From the NCBI GenBank assembly GCA_964443885.1, contig CAYUES010000002.1, positions 1-48,586 on the forward strand: 48,586 bases of DNA, in the 5' to 3' direction. Positions 34,076 through 43,610 of the stretch are shown one piece after another. Position numbers and translations under genes: made by a program. This DNA comes from an uncultured Pseudomonadales bacterium. GTDB lineage: Bacteria > Patescibacteriota > Microgenomatia > UBA1400 > PJMF01. Every line of letters starts with the position of its first letter. Positions within the stretch are counted from its first letter, which is position 1. The notes below the pieces were generated by a model. The model had not been told where the DNA came from. It saw nothing but the letters and a program-made list of their open reading frames with translations, and did not search any database.

Positions 34076-34081
34076 ATTATA
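34076..34081 (-). promoter_or_regulatory. -10 box TATAAT, 7 nt upstream of the giant gene's ATG (leaderless-type)
   Basis: The minus strand reads GGTATAAT-TAATTCC-ATG(34068). Confidence 0.5.
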
Positions 34082-34143
34082 CCTGGTTCTCTGCTTTTGT
34101 GGGGCAGGGAAGTACTGGTGCAACCGGGTAAATTATGGGTGTT

Positions 34144-35148
34144 CTATTCGAGCTGTCGTGAAGTATTTAATTGAGATGCTTTATAAATTGCAAAAAGCAA
34201 GAGCAGTGCCGCCAAAATTTGAGTTGGAGCTAAAAATGATTTATACACAAAGGCATCGATCGCCACGGCTAACATCGGAAAGACCAGCTCGACGATGGTT
34301 GCTACTTTTGCTTGTGTTATTTGTAGTCCTTTGTAGTAAATATAGACAGCAACCATACCCGTAGAAAGGGCAATTATTGCGAAGCGAGCAAGTTGGGAAG
34401 CGGTAATTGCGAAGATAGTATCGAACTCAGTAAACATGAAGATTGCAATAAAAGAAAAAATTGTAGTCAGGAAAAAACGCAACCCAGTTGCCATTTCAGT
34501 GGAGTGCTCTTTCAAGAGGAGTTTTGAGAGCGCAGTTGAACTTCCCCAAGCAACAGCAGCGCCTAAGGCATAGAGTGCAGCAATAACAGTGCCATCACCA
34601 GTTGCAAAACTGACAAAACCATTTTTAAAGGTGACAAAAAAAGCAGCTACTATGGCAAGTCCAGCCCACTTAATGTAGGTACTAGTGACTTTTTCTTTCA
34701 AAAGTGCGACTGCAGCCGTGGTTGCAAAAATTGGTTGCAGTTTTTGGAGTAAGTACACGACACTAAATGAAATAAAGTTGACCTTAGTAAGTGCAGTCGT
34801 AAACCATAGTGTTCCAAGTAGTCCACTAAATAATGCAATTAAAGAGGCGATAATCAAACTCCTTTTTGTAAATTTTTCTGTACCGAATCTTTTCCATAAG
34901 ACAGGCAGTAGCATGATGCTACCAATTAAGTGCTCGTAGAAAACGATAATGATTGGTGATAGCGTGAAAAGAGAGCGGCGCAAAATGCCATCAAGTGCCC
35001 AAAGAATGGCCGCACTACCAACTAATGCCGGCCCTTTGAGAGATGTCTTGGGTGTGTCTTGAGTTTGGACTTTCTTCAGTGCGTTCAAGAAGTTAGGGGT
35101 AGTAGAAATACTTTGTTTTATTATTTTAGTAGCACTTTTTTTGGACAT
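34144..35148 (-). CDS. EamA/DMT-family transporter
   Basis: 334 aa with about 10 TM helices in two EamA-like halves (ILWALDGILRR..., AAVAWGSSTALSKLLL). Confidence 0.8.
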   Translation of the reverse strand: MSKKSATKIIKQSISTTPNFLNALKKVQTQDTPKTSLKGPALVGSAAILWALDGILRRSLFTLSPIIIVFYEHLIGSIMLLPVLWKRFGTEKFTKRSLIIASLIALFSGLLGTLWFTTALTKVNFISFSVVYLLQKLQPIFATTAAVALLKEKVTSTYIKWAGLAIVAAFFVTFKNGFVSFATGDGTVIAALYALGAAVAWGSSTALSKLLLKEHSTEMATGLRFFLTTIFSFIAIFMFTEFDTIFAITASQLARFAIIALSTGMVAVYIYYKGLQITQAKVATIVELVFPMLAVAIDAFVYKSFLAPTQILAALLLLFAIYKASQLNTSRQLE

Positions 35149-35159
35149 TACTTCTTTCG

Positions 35160-35534
35160 CTATTCTGTTGCTCTGACGGCTGCAATATCCTTTTGTAGCT
35201 GGAGTTGCAGTTCTTCTAGTGACGAGAAGTCTAACACAGGTCTGATGAATTTGACGAGGGAGAATTGTATTTGCTCCCCATAAATTTCTGTATCGAAGTC
35301 TAAGACAAAGATTTCTAAGACATTATGTGTTTCATTTTTAACAAGTCTTGGGCCAAAGTAGAGGGCTCCCAAAAATCGTTCTTTTTTAATAAAAACCTCC
35401 GCAGCATAGACGCCGGGCTTTGTTTGAGGATTGATGACCAGGGGGTCGAGATTTAGTGTGGGGAAGTTAATAGTTCTGCCGGTCTTGTCTCCGTGGAGGA
35501 CTACGGTAGTATATAACTCAGGATAGCTTTTCAT
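35160..35534 (-). CDS. Riboflavin kinase (monofunctional, RibF C-terminal-domain type)
   Basis: 124 aa reading GDKTGRTINFPTLNL...KPGVYA...GALYFGPR...LEIFVLDFDTEIYGEQIQFSLVKFIRPVLDFSSLEELQLQLQKD. Confidence 0.75.
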   Translation of the reverse strand: MKSYPELYTTVVLHGDKTGRTINFPTLNLDPLVINPQTKPGVYAAEVFIKKERFLGALYFGPRLVKNETHNVLEIFVLDFDTEIYGEQIQFSLVKFIRPVLDFSSLEELQLQLQKDIAAVRATE

Positions 35535-35553
35535 CTCAATAATTTCTTAAAAA

Positions 35554-36798
35554 CTATGGCGTGACTTGCTGTGGTATTTTCAACTCGTTTCGCTGACTCT
35601 CAGTTAAGCTAGTATACATTTTGCTAACGAGTTCCTTTTCTAATGTAATATGATCGGCATCTAAAAATGTGGTTGATCCGAAAGATTCGGTTCCTTTTGG
35701 AGCAAAGATCTTTTCTAAATGCTCCGGGCGACACTGTTTGAGAATTGTAAATAAATAGCCTTTATCAGTAGCGTCTTCGAAGTACTTATTGCAAGTTCTT
35801 GAGTCCATAGCCTTCAACATGCCATCCATTGCATCATATTCGTTTGCTGCAAATATATCACCCAACTCTCGAAGATTCACCCCCATTCGTAATAAAAGTG
35901 GCCCTGAAATGTTTTTCTTAGCAAAACCTTCTACAAGGTAGTTTATATTCTGAGTGCCTAGTAGTGCATCAGACATGACAGTTATAAAAACCAAGCTCCA
36001 AATATCTTTTTCTTTAACGACAATTTGTTTTTTATCCGCAGTTCCAGGCTCAGACATTGTAACAACCAAACCCTCATCAGTTCGTTTGAGATCATCAATA
36101 GTCGCATTTTCAGGTACTGCTTGCTCAACCTCAGAACTTTCAAGCGCAGCCTCAGTAGCAACAGCAATATCGGCTAGTTTTTGCTCACGCTCTGTCCAAG
36201 ATTTTAAACTCTCTATAGCAGATTTTTCTTCAGGGTGATTTTCAAGAAATACCTCAACTTCTTGACCTCGTTGTTCAATAGTTTCAAGTACCAAGTGCAA
36301 ATAAGTTGGAGAAACTGCTTCACCCAGCAGAATCATTCTCTCAATAGCAACAGCTTCTTGTATAAGCTGTTCAGTATCTAAATGTTGCACTCGTTCAGTA
36401 TTATATAGTTCTCCGGCAACTTGATCAGCAATAACCCGAGCTCGGAGTTCGTCGGAGGTAGACTGAGCAGTTGTAATCTGATTCTCAGCAGGCGGTGGCG
36501 TTTGATCATTTGCATCAACGGCAATCAATAAAGCTGCCGCTTCTGCAGGATCCATTGCCATAAAGGGATTGCCATCAGGTTGAGCTGCAGCTAAATCATC
36601 ATGTTTTTTGTCTAATACGTATTCAAGAGTAAAACCAGTCAAAGTTCCATACTCTTGTAAGAATGCTTGAAATCTTTCTTCAGGAGATCTAGTATCAGTA
36701 GCAACTTCCTGGGAAGATTGCTCTGGAGCAGATACAGTAGTAACTTCTTGTTGATTGGGTTGTGGTTCATCTTGCATTAAGGTCTGTTGTTCATTCAT
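35554..36798 (-). CDS. Hypothetical acidic protein (orphan)
   Basis: 414-aa ORF with no TM helix, signal peptide or recognisable motif. It is tightly spaced with the downstream riboflavin kinase and EamA genes, so the three are probably one operon. Confidence 0.5.
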   Translation of the reverse strand: MNEQQTLMQDEPQPNQQEVTTVSAPEQSSQEVATDTRSPEERFQAFLQEYGTLTGFTLEYVLDKKHDDLAAAQPDGNPFMAMDPAEAAALLIAVDANDQTPPPAENQITTAQSTSDELRARVIADQVAGELYNTERVQHLDTEQLIQEAVAIERMILLGEAVSPTYLHLVLETIEQRGQEVEVFLENHPEEKSAIESLKSWTEREQKLADIAVATEAALESSEVEQAVPENATIDDLKRTDEGLVVTMSEPGTADKKQIVVKEKDIWSLVFITVMSDALLGTQNINYLVEGFAKKNISGPLLLRMGVNLRELGDIFAANEYDAMDGMLKAMDSRTCNKYFEDATDKGYLFTILKQCRPEHLEKIFAPKGTESFGSTTFLDADHITLEKELVSKMYTSLTESQRNELKIPQQVTP

Positions 36799-36893
36799 AC
36801 TTACTAATCTTTCATACTTTAGTAAAAAAGTATACAGTTATTATATAAAGTAATAGATTGTGTTGAGAGATTCTTTTTTAAGAGGAAAAGTAG

Positions 36894-36899
36894 TATAAT
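36894..36899 (+). promoter_or_regulatory. -10 box TATAAT, 8 nt upstream of the ATG at 36908 (leaderless-type)
   Basis: TAGTATAAT-tccgctgt-ATG. Confidence 0.45.
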
Positions 36900-36907
36900 T
36901 CCGCTGT

Positions 36908-39900
36908 ATGGCAGGTCCAGAAAACAATCCAAATCCTAATAATCAAGATCGGCGTGTGAATCAAGCTCGTCCTTTTGATGCTACTCAAGTTGCTTCGTAT
37001 ATTCAAGAAATAGGTTCTGGTCTAGATGCAGCTGCACAGGCTCTGGAGGTTGGTAATCATGGCGCGGCTCAAGAAGCCTTAGATAGAGCAATGGATCTGT
37101 TTAATTGGGTTAGAGTTAATTATGGAGTTACTAACCCAGGCGAAAGAATAGCAATTCCAGGTAACTATTTAGTAAATCGCGAAAGTATTATCCTAAAAAT
37201 CAAGGCAGCGAAACTTAAAGAAGAAGCACAAATTCGAACAGTAATTACTGCATTGGAACAAGGAAATCAACAGGATATCCAAGATTTGATAATTTACTAT
37301 CGTGATACTAATAATCAACAAGGTTTGCTAAATTTGATATTGGCAGTGCCAAACAACAGCAGAAATACTGTAAATAGTATCCTTATTTCTTTAGGAATGG
37401 CTGCTCCAGGGCTAGAACAAGCGGAGCCTGAGGTAGAAGCTCCAAGAGGTATGGAATTCGATGCTGCCCTACAAGAGTTAGCAACTTTCTTAGCTAATCT
37501 AGATGATGAAAGAACGCTGCGTGGTGATGCTGCTGTAAACCTAGATTTAGATGCATACATTGTGAGAATGCGTGAGTCCCTTGGCAATTGGTCTCCTGAG
37601 CAACGACGAGAAATACTAAATATAGTACGCCAAATCCGGAATGCTTTAGCACAGCCTTTAACAGCAGAAGTGCCTACAAGAAGGCAGCCAGAAGTTCAAG
37701 GAAATCAAGAAATAACGCAGTTAGAACCATTCGTACAACTTCAAAATCAAATAACAGAATATACAAGACTTCTTGACGAATCAGCCAGATCTAGTAATTT
37801 AGCTAATTTTGATCCTCGTAGAGATAGAACTCCAACAGCTGCAAATCCTGATGAACAGCTTCCTGCGGAAATACCACTTGCCGAACTACAACGTCAGCTA
37901 CAGTTCTGCATCAAAATATTACCTGAGCGAAGTGCTGATATCTTACTCAATGCTCAAATCCAAAAACTGCAAGATACCCTATTTGCTAAGGCTAAAAATA
38001 CTGTTAATAGAATGAAGAAACATGCTGAAAATATTGATAAAAATGCGCACGATGAGTGGATCGCTTCATCAGAAAATGTTCAATTTGCATCTAATGTCAC
38101 TGCTCTTGAAGAAGCAACTTTAGATGACTCAACTTTAGATGCAGATATAACTGCGTTGCAAAATCTTAGCACAGAAATTACTGCAGCAGATCGTGCACTA
38201 CCTCCTCAGCTCTCTTTAGCAGAGAGAACTCAATTAGCAGATCAGTTTGAAGATGAAGATTTTGACTTTTTAAGTCAAAATCAAAGAAAAACATTTACGG
38301 TACTTCAGCAACGTATAGAGAAAGAAATTGCTCGCAGGAATGCGCGTAAAGGGGAATTAACTTCCAGAACAGATCGTGAATTGGAATTCAGGAACAAAAT
38401 CGATGACGTTAATACAAAATTGGCAATTGCTAAAGAAGCTGCTTTTAGCATTGATACGGAAACAGATCAAGTTACAATTTCATTTAAACCCGTCAGAGAT
38501 TCCTTAAGGGAACTTGAGGGCTTATTATTACCAGGCTTAGAAGCTGAGCTAAACGAGATCAGACGCAATATAGACACTGGTGAATTTTATCAACGTAGTA
38601 AAGCATTTTTTGCTGCTCATGAATCCATTGAAAGCATAGAAAAAGGTGCCTCCGCTGTTTCTGCTGATGCGGAAAAGGTTATTAAAAATAGAATTTTTGT
38701 TGTTATGGAGGGTTTAATTGCCAGTATGAAACAATATGGTAGTCCAGAAGCAATAGTCAAAGAGCATGAGCAACATTTGAAAGTTTTGAAAGAACAAAAT
38801 GGTGCTTGGTTATCAGTTTCTTTCATCTGGGGTGATGGTGGCAAGGCGGAATTTTTATATGGCAATGAGCAAGGCTCAAGAAAAATTACACCACATTATA
38901 ATACCTCAGATCATGGTATGACTGGTGGAACTGTTCGAGATTTAATTAATGGCGGTACGGAACTTAAGGGGTTGCCAGGCTGTAATGCTCTTTTACATCA
39001 GAGAAGAAGATATGTTAGGAAAGATGTCGCGCGAGCTATTGGAACGACAGTATTGGAAGATGGAGATGTTACACAAAGCACCGTACCTGGTAACTCTGAA
39101 GTTGTGGCTGTAGATTATCCTGAAACTGCGGGCGCGTGGATTTATGACGTACTAGATCAATATTTTGAAATGACAAAGTCTGATTTTGATGGAGGATTTT
39201 TACCGATTAGTGATAAAACAGCTACTCCTGGTGGTAAGAACTTTGAACCAAGTAGCTCTGCCTTTGAGACAGTTACTAAGAACGGCATGACTATAGAGAT
39301 AGCACGAAACGTACTGATTATGGATATAGTTGATCCCGATACAGGTGTAGTAGCTCACGAGCGGTATGTTGTGCCTAAGTCTGTGGTAGAGGGAGGCAAG
39401 GATGCAACTTCAATCATACATAAAAATCACAACGCAGTAATCGATTATATTCTTAACCTCGAAACTCAAAGAGCGGCAAAGCTTGGACTGTCAAAACCTC
39501 GATTTGATAGAAACTTTGTTAGAAGAACTTTCCGCGCATACTTATTATCTACTTGGAATCATTTTGCTTTAGCCTCTTCTACGGTAGAAGGTCTCTCCTG
39601 TACGAATACGTATGCTCACTTATGGCCGCAGTATGCTGTTAAAGAACGTGACCAAGGTGTAGCAAGGTACAATCCACTTTCTACTGTGTTTATCTTTGGT
39701 TATAAGAATTTTTCACCATGGCAATTATTTGGAAAAAATATTGCTACTGAAGTGGAAAAAGTTTTACGTTCTAATGATGCTTATGACGATTATGAATATC
39801 TGCTGCACTCCTTTATTAGTTTGGCTGATACTTCTACCCGGCCAAAGAAAAAACATCAAACGGTTTTTTCTCCACCACTGCGTATTATATCCGCAGGTGA

Positions 39901-40546
39901 AGTTCCAGTTCAAGGTCGTATGAAGTCAATGCGATTTGGGGAGCAAAATGATGGTCGAATTTTAACATTAGATGATGTAAAAGATATTTATGGCAATCGA
40001 TTATATCCAGTAATGGATCTAGAGAGAGTTGGTCAATACTTTGCGACATTTAGTGGTTTTGGTAAAAATGCACTGACTGTTGTTGATAAAGTATTAATGA
40101 CTGATATTAAGGCTTGGGATAGTAGCACCCTGCTGACTGAGCTGCGTAAAGATGCGAAGTATGCTGGTATTTTCTTCCCAGTTGTTGGTAAAGAAATTGA
40201 AGAAAAAGGTGGTGAAAAAATTATTCTGCACCATAAAGACTCAAAGGGTAATCATGAGGAGACAACTGTCTTTTTAGATTTCATGGATAGATTTGCTAGT
40301 TACATTGTGCTGTTAAAGGCACTGATGTTGGTAATGCCCGCTCAATTCTATGAAGGTGGCTCTAAGAGCTTACATTCAGTTGAATCGTACTTACAGAGTG
40401 AACGAGGGCGTAATGTTATTAGTGAGCACACACAACATGTTATCTACAAAATCATTGAGAAACTGTTTGGTGCCAAAGTCTTCCGCCGCGAACTAGGTGA
40501 AGAAATACTCAAAGAGTTTTCCAAGTTTGCTCAGTTCCAAGTTTAA
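36908..40546 (+). CDS. Large hypothetical protein (1212 aa, orphan; the N-terminal half looks helical or coiled-coil)
   Basis: Uninterrupted 3.6-kb ORF with no TM helix, signal peptide or recognisable catalytic motif. A terminator hairpin lies downstream. Confidence 0.6.
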   Translation: MAGPENNPNPNNQDRRVNQARPFDATQVASYIQEIGSGLDAAAQALEVGNHGAAQEALDRAMDLFNWVRVNYGVTNPGERIAIPGNYLVNRESIILKIKAAKLKEEAQIRTVITALEQGNQQDIQDLIIYYRDTNNQQGLLNLILAVPNNSRNTVNSILISLGMAAPGLEQAEPEVEAPRGMEFDAALQELATFLANLDDERTLRGDAAVNLDLDAYIVRMRESLGNWSPEQRREILNIVRQIRNALAQPLTAEVPTRRQPEVQGNQEITQLEPFVQLQNQITEYTRLLDESARSSNLANFDPRRDRTPTAANPDEQLPAEIPLAELQRQLQFCIKILPERSADILLNAQIQKLQDTLFAKAKNTVNRMKKHAENIDKNAHDEWIASSENVQFASNVTALEEATLDDSTLDADITALQNLSTEITAADRALPPQLSLAERTQLADQFEDEDFDFLSQNQRKTFTVLQQRIEKEIARRNARKGELTSRTDRELEFRNKIDDVNTKLAIAKEAAFSIDTETDQVTISFKPVRDSLRELEGLLLPGLEAELNEIRRNIDTGEFYQRSKAFFAAHESIESIEKGASAVSADAEKVIKNRIFVVMEGLIASMKQYGSPEAIVKEHEQHLKVLKEQNGAWLSVSFIWGDGGKAEFLYGNEQGSRKITPHYNTSDHGMTGGTVRDLINGGTELKGLPGCNALLHQRRRYVRKDVARAIGTTVLEDGDVTQSTVPGNSEVVAVDYPETAGAWIYDVLDQYFEMTKSDFDGGFLPISDKTATPGGKNFEPSSSAFETVTKNGMTIEIARNVLIMDIVDPDTGVVAHERYVVPKSVVEGGKDATSIIHKNHNAVIDYILNLETQRAAKLGLSKPRFDRNFVRRTFRAYLLSTWNHFALASSTVEGLSCTNTYAHLWPQYAVKERDQGVARYNPLSTVFIFGYKNFSPWQLFGKNIATEVEKVLRSNDAYDDYEYLLHSFISLADTSTRPKKKHQTVFSPPLRIISAGEVPVQGRMKSMRFGEQNDGRILTLDDVKDIYGNRLYPVMDLERVGQYFATFSGFGKNALTVVDKVLMTDIKAWDSSTLLTELRKDAKYAGIFFPVVGKEIEEKGGEKIILHHKDSKGNHEETTVFLDFMDRFASYIVLLKALMLVMPAQFYEGGSKSLHSVESYLQSERGRNVISEHTQHVIYKIIEKLFGAKVFRRELGEEILKEFSKFAQFQV

Positions 40547-40599
40547 ATATTCCCATTTATCTATCGTGGTATACATGGAATACCCCTGATTTGTTGTAC

Positions 40600-40630
40600 A
40601 AAAAAACTGAATGGGGTTGCATTCAGTTTT
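40600..40630. terminator. Bidirectional intrinsic terminator between convergent genes
   Basis: aaactgaatg-gggttg-cattcagttt forms a perfect 10-bp stem, flanked by an A-run on the left and a T-run on the right. Confidence 0.6.
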
Positions 40631-40672
40631 AAAGGAGTTAGTTCTAAATAACTTTAATGATAAATTCCTAGT

Positions 40673-42535
40673 CTAGCCGTAGCCAGTTCGTTTAGTAACA
40701 TCTGGAGCTGGGGTATTACTGACATTTTCACCGGTCTCAGCTTTCTGAGCGTCAGCATAGCCCTCCATACCTTTTCCAAGTTCATTAGTTTGGCGATTAG
40801 CTTCTCTAAATTCAAACTTGGCAATTTGATCACCAAATAAGTATCTTGTAGCAGCTTGTGCTGATTGATTGATCGCTGTTTTTCCAACTTTCATAGCAAA
40901 TCCTGGAGCGCGAGGTACTACTACTGGAGCGAGGGCACCCGCAATTGCGCCTCTTCTTATGCCTTCTCCAACTGGTCTACCAGTGAGTGCATTAAATCCT
41001 CCGTACATCATACCACCAATACCGCCACCTGTCGCCATAGCAGCTCCAGTAGTTAAGTTGCGGCCATTAATAAGTCCAGATCCTGGCACAGCCTTGTCAC
41101 CTCTCCATCCAGATTGTAGGCCTTTCCAAGCAAATCCAGCGAGCATTGAGCCGAGTCCACCATCACCAGCGCCAGCTGCTTTCTTAACTTCTTTGACGAT
41201 GTCTGGTAATCCTAAGATAATTGCCAAGCCCAAGAGGGGGCCGATTAGGTTCGCAGCACTGCCATTGCCCAACAAGAAGGGTGGCATAAATCCACCTTCA
41301 GCACCACCAGATACTGTGACACTGCTGCCAGCTTGACCAGTAAACTCAATGTAAATAATGAGCATCAATAATACTGTCGGGAAGGCGAGTAGGTTGCCGA
41401 TAATACCTTTGAGCCAAGGCCAAAACACGTCTTTGCCAGGAATTGCACCAAACATAAGGATCAATGGACTAGCTACCACGTACAAAATAATTGCCGCGTA
41501 TGACTTCAATAACTCGAAGAAAAGTCTAACTGCACCAATCAAAACAGCAACCGTCAGTACCATCGTTAGTGTTAAACCACCAATAATGCCAGTTAAGTAG
41601 GTTCCAATGTTTGCAGAATCAGCTGCAGCTTCCAGAATTTCTGTTACCAAGTTGATATTCATACCAGCAGCGCCAGTACTCATATTAGCCTTAAAAAGGA
41701 AGCCAATTAAGTTTAAGATACTAAAGTTAATGATGTTGCCGCCAGTAAGCGTGTCGCCAGACATAAGGTTGAAACTAATGCCATCAAACAATCCAATAAT
41801 TAAGAACATTAATACATACATCATGTCGATCATGAAGCCAGCAATTGCATAGGAAAAGGTAACAAGAATCAAACTAATTATTACTGACGGAATGGCTTGT
41901 TGCGCAGTAACAGCTGCCTGTCCACCCAAGCGTTTACGTAACATGATCATAAAGCCAATTACTACGAAAATAATAATAAAGAAGAAGTAGGCAACATTGC
42001 GGAAGACTTTCCAAAGATTAAGAATTGGATCAAGTGAAGCAAAGCCCAATCCTTGTGCATAGGCAGGCTGGACAAATCCAGCTGTGTTGATGACATCGGC
42101 CACATAGGTGCCGGTGTGAGCGGCGGGATGTTCGTACATAAAAGCACTCAAATTAAGCACACCCGCGAAGATGCCACCTGATCTGCCACTGTCTGATCCT
42201 TCAGGTGTTGCGCCACCACTCCCACTAGGATCTGGAACTGCACCCCCGCCACCGCCAGGAGTACCTTGTTCACCATAGGCGATATCCATCGCCCATTCCA
42301 TGGCAGCAAAACGTGTAGTGTATTTAACTAAACATTCCAAAGAAGGAGTATCACAGTTTTTAGTTGCTTCTCGGTATTGATCAAACTCAGTTTGAGAAAA
42401 TCGGTAGCTATAGCCATTGGAGTCGGTAGTGGTAAATGTATCATCAGCCGGATCTGCTGGGCTCGTTTGTGCAGCTACAACAGAAGTACTCAGAATGAAA
42501 AAAGAAAGCACTAGGAGTACAACCCGTTTGAACAT
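40673..42535 (-). CDS. VirB6/TrbL-like polytopic T4SS membrane protein with a signal peptide and a Gly-rich C-terminal region
   Basis: Start chosen at ATG 42535 (MFKRVVLLVLSFFILSTSVVAAQ). There are at least 6 TM helices (for example VAYFFFIIIFVVIGFMIML and IISLILVTFSYAIAGFMIDMMYVLMFLIIGLF). The C-terminus is Gly-rich. The assignment rests on architecture and context only. Confidence 0.5.
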   Translation of the reverse strand: MFKRVVLLVLSFFILSTSVVAAQTSPADPADDTFTTTDSNGYSYRFSQTEFDQYREATKNCDTPSLECLVKYTTRFAAMEWAMDIAYGEQGTPGGGGGAVPDPSGSGGATPEGSDSGRSGGIFAGVLNLSAFMYEHPAAHTGTYVADVINTAGFVQPAYAQGLGFASLDPILNLWKVFRNVAYFFFIIIFVVIGFMIMLRKRLGGQAAVTAQQAIPSVIISLILVTFSYAIAGFMIDMMYVLMFLIIGLFDGISFNLMSGDTLTGGNIINFSILNLIGFLFKANMSTGAAGMNINLVTEILEAAADSANIGTYLTGIIGGLTLTMVLTVAVLIGAVRLFFELLKSYAAIILYVVASPLILMFGAIPGKDVFWPWLKGIIGNLLAFPTVLLMLIIYIEFTGQAGSSVTVSGGAEGGFMPPFLLGNGSAANLIGPLLGLAIILGLPDIVKEVKKAAGAGDGGLGSMLAGFAWKGLQSGWRGDKAVPGSGLINGRNLTTGAAMATGGGIGGMMYGGFNALTGRPVGEGIRRGAIAGALAPVVVPRAPGFAMKVGKTAINQSAQAATRYLFGDQIAKFEFREANRQTNELGKGMEGYADAQKAETGENVSNTPAPDVTKRTGYG

Positions 42536-42542
42536 GGTATAT

Positions 42543-42548
42543 AGTATA
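42543..42548 (-). promoter_or_regulatory. -10 box TATACT (TGGTATACT), 7 nt upstream of the ATG at 42535 (leaderless-type)
   Basis: The minus strand reads TTGGTATACT-ATATACC-ATG. Confidence 0.45.
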
Positions 42549-42684
42549 CCAAAACTCTGACATAAAGGGTAAAGTAAGTAGTTGATTTTGAGCAAAAAAA
42601 TATTTTGAATATAGACAACGATTAGTATAGTGTGATAACAAATAGTAATACTTATATTGTTTGCGCGTATGCGGAATTACTTAT

Positions 42685-43605
42685 ATGATTGATGATAACC
42701 TTTCAAGTCAGGTACAACACTTAGTTGATTCTGCGACAACAATTTTTATTATTTTTCCGAGTATTGCATCGGCTGATCACTTGGCAGTGGCGGCAAGTTT
42801 ATACCTGAGTCTCGTGCGTGCACAAAAATCAGTCGGCCTTGTTACCACAGATACAGCCGCAGTTCTGCAAAACGAGGGGAGTACTATTATCGGACTTGAA
42901 AACACCCAACAAGACTTGGGAAATCAAAACTTGAGTATTAGTTTTCCGTACTCGCCGGATCAAGTTGACAAAGTTAGTTATCATGTTGGCGAAGAAACAA
43001 ACAGATTTTTTCTCTCGATCAAGCCAAAAACCGGTTTTCCACCGCTTGATGCCAGCAATGTTGAGTTTTCCTACACCGGCGCATCAGCGGATCTAGTGTT
43101 TCTAATTGGAGTAAAAGATTTAGAAAGTTTAGAGCAATTATACTTTGGTTATGAACAACTGTATCAAGACACGCCAAGTATTTCGGTAAATTCGTACGCG
43201 ACATCTTTTGGCACAGTTAAGATTGATAGTGGCAGTGCGAGTTCCAGTAGCGAAGTGATTGCTCAATTGTTGCCAATCCTAAGTTTGCCAATTGAAAGCG
43301 ATACCGCCACCAACTTACTGTATGGAATTGAATCTAGCACAAAAAATCTCTCTTCACCTACGACTTCAGCAGAAACTTTTGAAGCAGTAGCCCAGTTGTT
43401 GCGAGCTGGTGCCCGTCGAAGTTTCAAACGCAGCTCTGCAGAACCACACCCAAAAGAAGCCTTCAAAGAGTCAATCGTCCATGAAGTTCCAGAATCTGAA
43501 GCTACAAAACGAAAAAATGGCAAAGCTAAAACACCAAAACTAGAAAGTTCCAAAAAAGATTCGATGCTGCCACCAGCAGACTTTACGCCAACAAAGCGAA
43601 TTTAA
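42685..43605 (+). CDS. Hypothetical protein, possibly a degenerate DHH-family-like fold
   Basis: ATTIFIIFPSIASADHLAVAASLYLSLVRAQKSVGLV and ADLVFLIGVKDLESLEQL resemble NrnA-type motif I/III positions, but the canonical DHH/DxD residues are not evident. The track start at 42661 is a TTG. Confidence 0.35.
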   Translation: MIDDNLSSQVQHLVDSATTIFIIFPSIASADHLAVAASLYLSLVRAQKSVGLVTTDTAAVLQNEGSTIIGLENTQQDLGNQNLSISFPYSPDQVDKVSYHVGEETNRFFLSIKPKTGFPPLDASNVEFSYTGASADLVFLIGVKDLESLEQLYFGYEQLYQDTPSISVNSYATSFGTVKIDSGSASSSSEVIAQLLPILSLPIESDTATNLLYGIESSTKNLSSPTTSAETFEAVAQLLRAGARRSFKRSSAEPHPKEAFKESIVHEVPESEATKRKNGKAKTPKLESSKKDSMLPPADFTPTKRI

Positions 43606-43610
43606 TTTTT

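Noticed and set aside
40865-41852. Several plus-strand ORFs (40865..41056, 40869..41336, 41358..41600, 41607..41852)
   Set aside because: They are antisense to the Gly-rich, TM-rich VirB6-like gene. The Pro/Ala-rich or Ile/Lys-rich translations are mirror artefacts of that composition.
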